Source: a virus
IMG/VR virus record: IMGVR_UViG_3300034107_000725
Location: 1 to 64,000 of that record
DNA length: 64,000 nt
Reading direction: 5' to 3' (one strand)
This document shows, one piece after another, positions 57,361-64,000 of the stretch (position 1 is the first letter of the stretch; each line of letters starts with the position of its first letter). The translations under genes and the position numbers were made by a program. Below the pieces are notes generated by a model. That model was not told the origin of the DNA and searched no databases. It saw only the letters and a program-made list of their open reading frames with translations.

Positions 57361-57660
57361 TAGTCGCAATACACGGGAAGAGTCTTCCACTATGACCTTG
57401 ACCTGCGAAGATGAGTGAGTAGCCAGCTGGGGTGAGGCGGGTCTCTCAATTACCGGACTACACCAGCTGGTAGGTTGTTTGTCTTATCTTCAGGACAAAT
57501 AACAGGACGTTGCCGGAGGGAACACCTCGCTAACGACGTCTCGGGCAACTGTAACGTGATGGATCCATGGAAGTTTTGACTCCTCCGGGTCTCCTTTTGC
57601 TTCCCCGTCACAAACTTGGAGCCGCTATCGCTCGCAGACGATATGCTTCGACTGAGGTAA
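57361..57660 (+). ncRNA. Candidate structured non-coding RNA (unassigned)
   Basis: ~400-nt ORF-free gap between convergent genes with six adjacent stems; G-U pairs favour the + strand. Confidence 0.55.
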
Positions 57661-57691
57661 AGCCCAAAAGGCCGATGCCAGGTGTGGTTGC

Positions 57692-58414
57692 CTAGCTCAT
57701 CTTTTCTTCTTCAGCTGCAGCTTCGGCTGCAGCTTTTTCTTTTAAGCGGTGCTTGTGAGCAACACCCAGTAGACCCGATAGCCCTGAGTATCTTGTGCCT
57801 TCGAACTGACGGGCGTTGACGCAAACAAACCAGTCCACGATGACGGATTCCAGGCTGGTCTGACGCAAGTGCCGGGATGGCTCGATCACTTCAGTGACAA
57901 CCACGCGATCGCCGTAGTGTTCCATAAACTTACGTTGAGTATCGAGGTTGTCTGTGGCGAGAAAGAGCTTCTCGTCGGGACGCAGTTCAGCATCAAGCCA
58001 CTCAAAGAACTCTTCGTCACGCGTGACACCATCGTGGCCCGTTGCCGGTATCTTGTCGGTTCTACGAGCATGGATAGCCAGATAAGACGGAGTCAGGCGA
58101 CTCATCACTTCATCGATACGAGCCTGAGTGCGAGGTCGGGGAATCATATCGTGGAAGTAATAGTTGCTAAACGGATCGTAAGGAGGAAGAAAATCGTAGC
58201 CTTTGTAGTGTGGTTTTTTTGTATCGTCGGTGAACTCTACCCCAGGAATTGGTTCTAAGTGATCCAGATAGCGTCCAGGACAGTCGGCGTTGGGAACCCA
58301 GCAGACGACCAGGATGTTATTGTTGGCTCGGGAGCGTTGCAGGAAGCTGAAAAGAACACGTATACGGTCGGCAAAACCTGTAGAGGTCTGGACCTTGAAT
58401 CGTTGACCTGCCAT
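57692..58414 (-). CDS. GT-B O-fucosyltransferase-like glycosyltransferase
   Basis: STGFADRIR, LAIHARRTD, LFLATDN, VIVDWFVC..A..F.GT..SGLS; AGGAG RBS favours start 58414. Confidence 0.7.
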   Translation of the reverse strand: MAGQRFKVQTSTGFADRIRVLFSFLQRSRANNNILVVCWVPNADCPGRYLDHLEPIPGVEFTDDTKKPHYKGYDFLPPYDPFSNYYFHDMIPRPRTQARIDEVMSRLTPSYLAIHARRTDKIPATGHDGVTRDEEFFEWLDAELRPDEKLFLATDNLDTQRKFMEHYGDRVVVTEVIEPSRHLRQTSLESVIVDWFVCVNARQFEGTRYSGLSGLLGVAHKHRLKEKAAAEAAAEEEKMS

Positions 58415-58448
58415 GATATCGGGGTCTCCTGTGACATGAATAGGGTGT

Positions 58449-58476
58449 ATTATAGTCCAGCTCAAGTCTTCTGCAA
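58449..58476 (-). promoter_or_regulatory. Possible sigma70-like promoter for the minus-strand gene
   Basis: TATAAT (58449-58454, - strand) with TTGCAG 16 bp upstream. Confidence 0.4.
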
Positions 58477-58488
58477 AATACGGAATTT
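58475..58488 (+). promoter_or_regulatory. Repeated motif copy AAAATACGGAATTT
   Basis: In the divergent intergenic region, 3 nt before ATG 58492. Confidence 0.7.
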
Positions 58489-58491
58489 GCC

Positions 58492-59283
58492 ATGAAATCT
58501 GTGCATGCTTACAGCTTCGAAACCACTGGGATGGCGATTATCCCAAAAGCCCTGAGTCTTGAGAAGGTAGCTGAGGCCAAGCAGCTGATACAGAATAACT
58601 GGCCGAGCGGTGCTCCCTGGAAGTTTCCTGTGTTGCACCTGGGCCGAGTCTTCTGGGAGATGATGACGCAGCCTGTGATGCTTGAGCTGTGTCAGCAGTT
58701 CGCCGGAGATCACTTCAGAATGGATCACGCCTTCGGTCTGACAAGTAACGGGGCTCACGCTCAACTCCACGGTGGACCGCAATCCAGCCAGTACTCCTGC
58801 TTCTACTTGCCGCTAAGCGGTGCTCAACATCCTGGAATTGCCGGGCAGTTGAACTTTGGGTTTTGCCTGGAAGGACAAAGCTCGTACACAGGTGGATTTT
58901 GCTATATACCGGGCAGTCATAAGTCTGTTGATCCGAGAGCGGGTCGTGAGGTCCTGGCTGAGGTTTACCGTAACGATTTTACTCATCATTCGATCGTAGT
59001 ACCACGCCTGGCAGCCGGAGACATGATTCTGTTCACAGAGGCTCTGATTCATGGTGATACGGGTTGGCGGAACCTCACACCCGGTAGTTGTCGAATGCAG
59101 GTCTATTACAAGATGACACCCGGGTTCATGTGCTGGCGTGACCCTGCGGAAAATGCTCACCTGTTGCAGTATGCCAAGACAGATTTAGAACGACGAATGA
59201 TGGCAGCACCTTGGACAGGGCGGTATAGTGAGACGGCCACGGCCATGGGCATCACCAACTCAAGACGGGAACCAACAGTATGA
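58492..59283 (+). CDS. PhyH-like 2OG-Fe(II) dioxygenase
   Basis: FRMDH, LHGG, GGFCYIPGSHK, AGDMILFTEALIHG. Confidence 0.85.
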   Translation: MKSVHAYSFETTGMAIIPKALSLEKVAEAKQLIQNNWPSGAPWKFPVLHLGRVFWEMMTQPVMLELCQQFAGDHFRMDHAFGLTSNGAHAQLHGGPQSSQYSCFYLPLSGAQHPGIAGQLNFGFCLEGQSSYTGGFCYIPGSHKSVDPRAGREVLAEVYRNDFTHHSIVVPRLAAGDMILFTEALIHGDTGWRNLTPGSCRMQVYYKMTPGFMCWRDPAENAHLLQYAKTDLERRMMAAPWTGRYSETATAMGITNSRREPTV

Positions 59284-60209
59284 AGCTAGCCGTAATCATC
59301 CGCATCCTTGGTAACGAAAATCCACCACGAGACATCCCCGGTGAACGCGTCAAGGTGTTAAAACACATTTTGGAAAACGAACCGCAGCCTCCTGAAGTCG
59401 TACGGTTCTTCATCCTTAACCGAATCGTTTCAGACGAGTACCGTAAAGAGCTTCAGACTTTGCTGGAGTCTTACCAGCTTCCAGTGGTGATAATTCCGTT
59501 TAACTGGCGGATAAAAACCACTGTGGAATCGGTGGCTATCCACGGAATTGCGATCAACCATGCCCGTAATGTTGCCATTGCCTGTGGGGCAAACGTCGCT
59601 CGTTACACGATCGTGCTTGACGGTGACTGTGGGTTCACGGAAGAAGGTCTGTCTCCAGTGTTAGAAGAGATGAGACGAGACAGGTACAAGTATCTCAGCA
59701 TCCCACACCGAAGAGACGGGCAGGAGCGGCAAGGCGAACCCATGCTGGCGTTTCGTAACGACTCAGAGCTTAGGTTTGACGAGCTCTTGGCGTTTGGGCA
59801 AAAGGATAAATTAGAGCTGCTGTTCCAGCTGGGCCATGATCCAACACCATACTCTGGACACCTTAAGATTGAAGGAGACCAGACCAAGTTGGTAGGCGAA
59901 GTCATACACTACGCGACAGGCGAACCGGAGATTGAAGCGGACAACAAAGCCAGAGAAGCCGCTCGTCGTGCGTCTTTACAGGGGCTTGCAAGACAAATAG
60001 TAAAGCAAAAAGCCGAACGACTGCAGGAACAACGAAGACTCAGATACGAGATAGTCAGGCGGGAATGGGAAAAAAAAACTACAGGCTCTTCCATTCAGCG
60101 ATTTGATGGACACGGCAAACTAGACACTGTTACAATGATTTGCAGCTGTGGTTTGCCACAGTGTAGCTCTTTCAGGGACGAAGGAGGTTCGCCATGCAAG
60201 TATCTTTGA
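59280..60209 (+). CDS. GT-A-like glycosyltransferase
   Basis: AINHARNVAI, TIVLDGDC (DxD), EPMLAFR. Confidence 0.6.
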   Translation: MKLAVIIRILGNENPPRDIPGERVKVLKHILENEPQPPEVVRFFILNRIVSDEYRKELQTLLESYQLPVVIIPFNWRIKTTVESVAIHGIAINHARNVAIACGANVARYTIVLDGDCGFTEEGLSPVLEEMRRDRYKYLSIPHRRDGQERQGEPMLAFRNDSELRFDELLAFGQKDKLELLFQLGHDPTPYSGHLKIEGDQTKLVGEVIHYATGEPEIEADNKAREAARRASLQGLARQIVKQKAERLQEQRRLRYEIVRREWEKKTTGSSIQRFDGHGKLDTVTMICSCGLPQCSSFRDEGGSPCKYL

Positions 60210-60326
60210 AAGGCAGGTGATCGTATCTCGGTCGTGCCCGCCCCAGAAAATACTGTTAGGACGGGCACGATTCGTTCTCTGTGAATTCCAGGCAAGGATA
60301 TCTCTGTGCTAAAGTGGCTTCCGAAG

Positions 60327-60932
60327 ATGTACGACACAGGCTTCGACAAACTTGAACAGATTCTGGCCCAACAGGCACAGATTCTGAAAAATCAAGAAAC
60401 CCTGGGGCAAGAGCTTAAAGCCCAGGTTGTCAAATTGATTGACTTGGTTCAAAAAAACGGAACCAAGAAGAAACCAGGTCCGCTACTCGTAATCATTGCA
60501 GGAGAAGACCAAATGGCTGACAAAATTCTGTTCCGCGTCGTGCTTCCAGCACCATCCGCAGCTGACGTTGTAACACGTGAGCTTACTGTTGACATCAACG
60601 GCACCGTACAGGTGCTGACATTGGCTGTTGAAGATTCCAACCCGCTGGAGTTCAGCGGTGATCAAGGTGCACAGGTTTCTGTCTCCTTGGTAGACATTGA
60701 CGATTTCGGCAATCGTTCAGCAGCAACATCGACGATGCCGCAGCAACTGGCAGATAACTTTGCTCCACCTGCTCCAGGTGATCTTGGTTTTGAACTTGTT
60801 GGTGAGATTCTTGACGACACAATCGAGATCTCAGAAGAAGCAGCTGAACCAGAGATCTCCGCAGTTGATACCGCGGACGACCTGGATGCAGATACGATTG
60901 ATGACTCGGAAGACGAGTTTTTGATTGGCTAA
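60327..60932 (+). CDS. Beta-rich (FN3/Ig-like) protein with acidic tail; possible second start at 60513
   Basis: VSLVDIDDFGNRS...D..APPAPG; internal AGGAG plus ATG 60513. Confidence 0.55.
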   Translation: MYDTGFDKLEQILAQQAQILKNQETLGQELKAQVVKLIDLVQKNGTKKKPGPLLVIIAGEDQMADKILFRVVLPAPSAADVVTRELTVDINGTVQVLTLAVEDSNPLEFSGDQGAQVSVSLVDIDDFGNRSAATSTMPQQLADNFAPPAPGDLGFELVGEILDDTIEISEEAAEPEISAVDTADDLDADTIDDSEDEFLIG

Positions 60933-60947
60933 GTTCGGATAATACTG

Positions 60948-60984
60948 GGACCTGAAGCTGTGGCCACAATTTCAGGTCCTTTCT
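60948..60984 (+). terminator. Possible intrinsic terminator
   Basis: ggacctgaa/ttcaggtcc stem followed by tttct. Confidence 0.55.
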
Positions 60985-60997
60985 CTAGATCTCAAGG

Positions 60998-61849
60998 ATG
61001 ACCCTCATGACCGCGATCAGTGATAAAAACCGTGCCCTTGTTTTCAGGGCTTTGCAGGAAAAGAAGGCTTCGAGCAACTTACGTGTCAAGGTAGCTCGAC
61101 ACGTAATCAACATGAAGCTGCTTGAGCGTGAAATCGCAACTTACAATCTCGACAGGCTACAAAAAGCTGCGTCGGACGGACACTCTAAAATTGCTCGTAT
61201 GAAGTTTGCTGCTTTAGTTCTGCAACACCAGGTTGAGAAGCAAGCGTTAGGTCGAGCTCTTCTTGGCGGATTAGCAAGTGGAGCTATTGGCCTGGGTAGA
61301 AGAGCGATTGGCCGTGCTGCGGGCCTAGGTGCTCAGGCGTTAGGTACAGGTGCTAGTGCTATCGGTGCCGGGTTGCGAGCAGGAGTAACAAGAGCTCCTT
61401 TGATGGCAACTGGAGCGGCGGGCCTTGGAGGCGTTTACGCCGGTTCACAGATGCCAAGCAGAGAAGAGATGGGCAACACGTTTCAGAAAAGGGTTATAGA
61501 CCCAGTGTATTACGGAGGAGCTCGTAGGTATAACGATGCTACGTTGCCGTTCCGTAAAGCTCGTGCAGCCGCTGGTGGTGCTATTGAAGGTGCGGGCCAA
61601 GGTGCCCGCAATCTAGTTTCAATGCCAGGTCGCGGACTCAGTGCAGTCAATGACATGCTGCCTGCTAGACAAGACGTCAGTCAGTCATTGGGTACGGGAA
61701 TTGGTGACGCAATGCGGTTTGTAGGGCGACAGTTCACGCCATCGGCAAGACCAAGTCAGCCTCAAGCCAGACCTAATCCGCCTGCTCCATTTGCTGACCC
61801 AGTGAGCAGACTTCCGGAAGGCGTACCGCAGAACGACGAACCAGCGTGA
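60998..61849 (+). CDS. Gly/Ala-rich putative virion protein with K-x-A leader
   Basis: EKKASS, QKAASD, EKQALG followed by a long Gly/Ala-rich region. Confidence 0.65.
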   Translation: MTLMTAISDKNRALVFRALQEKKASSNLRVKVARHVINMKLLEREIATYNLDRLQKAASDGHSKIARMKFAALVLQHQVEKQALGRALLGGLASGAIGLGRRAIGRAAGLGAQALGTGASAIGAGLRAGVTRAPLMATGAAGLGGVYAGSQMPSREEMGNTFQKRVIDPVYYGGARRYNDATLPFRKARAAAGGAIEGAGQGARNLVSMPGRGLSAVNDMLPARQDVSQSLGTGIGDAMRFVGRQFTPSARPSQPQARPNPPAPFADPVSRLPEGVPQNDEPA

Positions 61850-61905
61850 TGACAAGTTCGTGATTGATACAAAGTAGAGTCATGGGTCTCGCTACCCCAG
61901 GAGAG

Positions 61906-61939
61906 TGGCAGTCTGGTTTCGACCGGACTGCCATTTTTT
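61906..61939 (+). terminator. Rho-independent terminator
   Basis: tggcagtctggt-ttcg-accggactgcca plus T6. Confidence 0.9.
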
Positions 61940-61988
61940 ATTGATTATTGGTTAGAATAGCGACTCGATATTCATCCTGGAGCCACGC

Positions 61989-62756
61989 ATGCGAAAAGCG
62001 ATTCTCGTCACCTCTGTTATTGCACCTGAAATGGAGTTGCCGTTAAATCTGGGCAACCGCAGATCCGCATTCACAATTCGTGAGCGACTGATTCAAACCG
62101 TCAGCACACTACACTCGCTAACCGTACAGCAGGGTGATGCTCAGATCTATTTCTGCGATGCCTCAGAGCCTGACTACAGTGAGTTCTTTGATCAGTACTA
62201 CCCCAACGTAAAATATCTGCACTTACAGGCAACAGATCCCACATTGGCTGCTGAAGTCAGAACTGTGGCAAACAAGAGTATTGGCGAAGCTCATATGGTT
62301 CTGTCCCTGTGGGACGTCTATCGCAAGGAACTACTGGAGGCGGATTTTATCATCAAGGCCACAGGTCGGTATTTTTACGAGAACCTGCACAACGAGTACT
62401 TCACCGCAGAGAATCTTGACAAGTTTTTGTTTACCTACCACTCCACTGATCAGCGACCTTGGATTGACCATGAGGGCTTCGACTGGTCGCTGGCCAAGAA
62501 TTTACTCAACCCAACAGAGTATCGGCACGTCTTGAAGACGACTCTCTACGGATTTGGACGGAAACAGACGCTGCGATACTTTAAAGCAGTCAAAGAACTC
62601 ATGTTCAAGCTCTATCGTCCGCAGTACACGTTGTACGATGTCGAAAACTTATTGGCTTGCGAATTAGGTTACGAACTGGCCAGCAATCAGTTTGTTCGCG
62701 TGAATTGGCAGTACTTAGGCTGGAACAGTGTCAGTGGAGAATTTATTAAAATATAG
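61989..62756 (+). CDS. Hypothetical protein, possibly GT-like
   Basis: ILVTSVI, YFCDAS, KSIGE, IIKATGRY pattern recalled from phage glycan loci. Confidence 0.55.
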   Translation: MRKAILVTSVIAPEMELPLNLGNRRSAFTIRERLIQTVSTLHSLTVQQGDAQIYFCDASEPDYSEFFDQYYPNVKYLHLQATDPTLAAEVRTVANKSIGEAHMVLSLWDVYRKELLEADFIIKATGRYFYENLHNEYFTAENLDKFLFTYHSTDQRPWIDHEGFDWSLAKNLLNPTEYRHVLKTTLYGFGRKQTLRYFKAVKELMFKLYRPQYTLYDVENLLACELGYELASNQFVRVNWQYLGWNSVSGEFIKI

Positions 62757-62816
62757 TTGTACTCTTTAGGGGGACTCGTTATAGTTTCAAAACCAATCAC
62801 CCCTGGAGTCAATCAC

Positions 62817-63020
62817 ATGACTGATGACTATCCCGTGTCTGATGTTTGCTTCGTGGCTTGGCGGGTTCTGTTCGATCCGCCCGTCCCTTCTGAGTTGTCT
62901 CGCTCTTTGGCTTTCTGGCACTTGGAGCTACAGGCAGGAAATCAGACAGCACAACAAGCCGGGTATGTTACGGACTACACGAAGTTACGTAGCTACTCTC
63001 GCAAGGCTAAACAAAAATGA
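62817..63020 (+). CDS. Small hypothetical protein
   Basis: GGAG RBS favours ATG 62817. Confidence 0.5.
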   Translation: MTDDYPVSDVCFVAWRVLFDPPVPSELSRSLAFWHLELQAGNQTAQQAGYVTDYTKLRSYSRKAKQK

Positions 63021-63313
63021 ATGAAGAGATACACCCAAAGCGGGCAGCCATCCTGGAGCACATCGAAGCTCAGGAGCTGGAAGACGTAGTCTTGTTGGAT
63101 GGGCTCGACACGGCCATTCTTGGTCTGGTCAAGCTGCACCCCAACGGAGCTACCGTCGTGGCCTATAGCATCAAAAAGATTTTGACTAGCTTGGTCGCTG
63201 ACGGCATGGACGAGGACGAAGCATATGAGTACTTCAATTTCAACATTGAGTGCCTGTATGTGGGTCTAAATACTCCAGTCTTTGTTCAGGATGAGCAGGA
63301 CTTCACTCTTTAG
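63017..63313 (+). CDS. Conserved small phage protein of unknown function
   Basis: LDGLDTAILG...GMDEDEAYEYFNFNI..LYVG..TPVF. Confidence 0.75.
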   Translation: MNEEIHPKRAAILEHIEAQELEDVVLLDGLDTAILGLVKLHPNGATVVAYSIKKILTSLVADGMDEDEAYEYFNFNIECLYVGLNTPVFVQDEQDFTL

Positions 63314-63331
63314 TCGTATAGGAGACACTAT

Positions 63332-63820
63332 ATGCGACATCAGAAAGGTTTCAACATGCGGAAACTCGTGCTGGCAACAGGTATTTTCTTCGGCGGTATG
63401 GCAACAGCTCAGGCTGTTCAGCCTTTACATGCTGATTTGAATCCCGCGAACTACACGCCATATGTTGACTACTACGACACCGGGTCGCAGCAGACGTTTT
63501 ATTACGACAGTGCTGCTGGCTCATTCTTTGTACGACTTGCACCGGCGACGCAGCCTTTGGCTACAACGACGGTACCAGCAGGTTATGAGCTGGTCTATGG
63601 TGGCAATGACCAGTCGGCTTGTCAGGCCAAAGCAAACTACTTGGCAGCCACCGGCGTGCTTAGCCACGGAAACTACACCATTGGTGCCTTTGAAGGAATC
63701 GGTGTAGGTGGCAATTCGCTATGCAACACATGCGTACCCGGCGGAGCCATGTCTCTGTCAGGTGATGCTTCGGCTCTGTCTGCCACCGGTATGTGGTACA
63801 GGGTGCGGGCGTGGAGATAA
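63332..63820 (+). CDS. Secreted protein with small Cys-containing CAP/SCP-like C-terminal domain
   Basis: Signal peptide MRKLVLATGIFFGGMATAQA; CQAKA...LSH...FEGIG...C..C...WYRVRAW. Confidence 0.55.
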   Translation: MRHQKGFNMRKLVLATGIFFGGMATAQAVQPLHADLNPANYTPYVDYYDTGSQQTFYYDSAAGSFFVRLAPATQPLATTTVPAGYELVYGGNDQSACQAKANYLAATGVLSHGNYTIGAFEGIGVGGNSLCNTCVPGGAMSLSGDASALSATGMWYRVRAWR

Positions 63821-63831
63821 GGAAACAGCTA

Positions 63832-63898
63832 CCACTCAACAATTCTCTCTTCATTCTAGTACCGTCAAATTTGATGGGTTTAGAATAAGGTTGAGTGG
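63832..63898. other. Long imperfect hairpin after the last + strand gene
   Basis: ccactcaac/gttgagtgg, attcta/tagaat and ccgtcaa/ttgatgg nested stems. Confidence 0.6.
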
Positions 63899-64000
63899 CA
63901 GTTAAAGAAGAGTCGCGTGCGGGTAGGAACCGCAACCTAGCTTTGTTTTGTATTTCAAAGCCAGGTCTTCATCAGCTCAATCACGTCAAGCACCTTCGTG

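Larger units (their letters stand above)
1..64000. mobile_element. Segment of a large dsDNA bacteriophage genome
   Basis: Complete phage-style replisome cluster, probable portal, phage-type tubulin, many small hypothetical ORFs with ATGA overlaps; no ribosomal or other host housekeeping operons. Confidence 0.92.

Noticed and set aside
57361-57690. RNase P, tmRNA, tRNA or group II domain V assignment
   Set aside because: Partial look-alikes (AGUCGC...GGGAAGAGUC, TTCGA, GAGCCGC) lack the required partners (P4 GGCUUA, acceptor stem/CCA, proper domain V geometry); left unassigned.
86-63935. Numerous short alternative-frame and antisense ORFs in the supplied track
   Set aside because: They are fully nested in better-supported genes, with no RBS or recognisable motifs.
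1-64000. Stop-codon reassignment (alternative genetic code)
   Set aside because: Long conserved genes are uninterrupted in code 11, and TAA, TGA and TAG all end well-supported genes.

Overview
The window reads as an internal 64-kb segment of a large dsDNA (tailed) bacteriophage genome in the standard genetic code. It is almost entirely + strand, densely packed, has many ATGA-type overlaps and contains no host housekeeping operons. Layout: (1) 0.2-29.4 kb, DNA replication/recombination block with Mre11/SbcD, Rad50/SbcC, SF2 helicase, DnaB-like helicase, DnaG-like primase, UDG-fused family A polymerase, dTMP kinase, an acidic-tailed SSB-like protein, RecA-like recombinase, DEDDh exonuclease and Hjc-like resolvase. 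(2) 29.4-34.7 kb, unknown genes and a probable portal. (3) 34.8-40 kb, glycosyltransferase cluster followed by a tubulin/FtsZ-family gene. (4) 40-48 kb, small accessory genes including a Gfo/Idh/MocA oxidoreductase. (5) 48-62 kb, Gly/Ala-rich modular proteins punctuated by K-x-A motifs (incl. SNF2 and Dps) interleaved with more glycan-modifying enzymes. The host is tentatively a planctomycete (inference only). Most notable observations: an adjacent pair of a catalytically degenerate IS110/Nop-like protein and a stand-alone RAMP (Cas7/Cas5-like) protein with no CRISPR array in the window; a ~300-nt multi-hairpin non-coding region (57.36-57.66 kb); K-x-A motifs at module junctions suggesting protease-processed polyproteins; and a repeated 14-bp pseudo-palindromic motif AAAAT[ACG]CGGAATTT. 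All family assignments come from manual motif recognition; no database searches were run.
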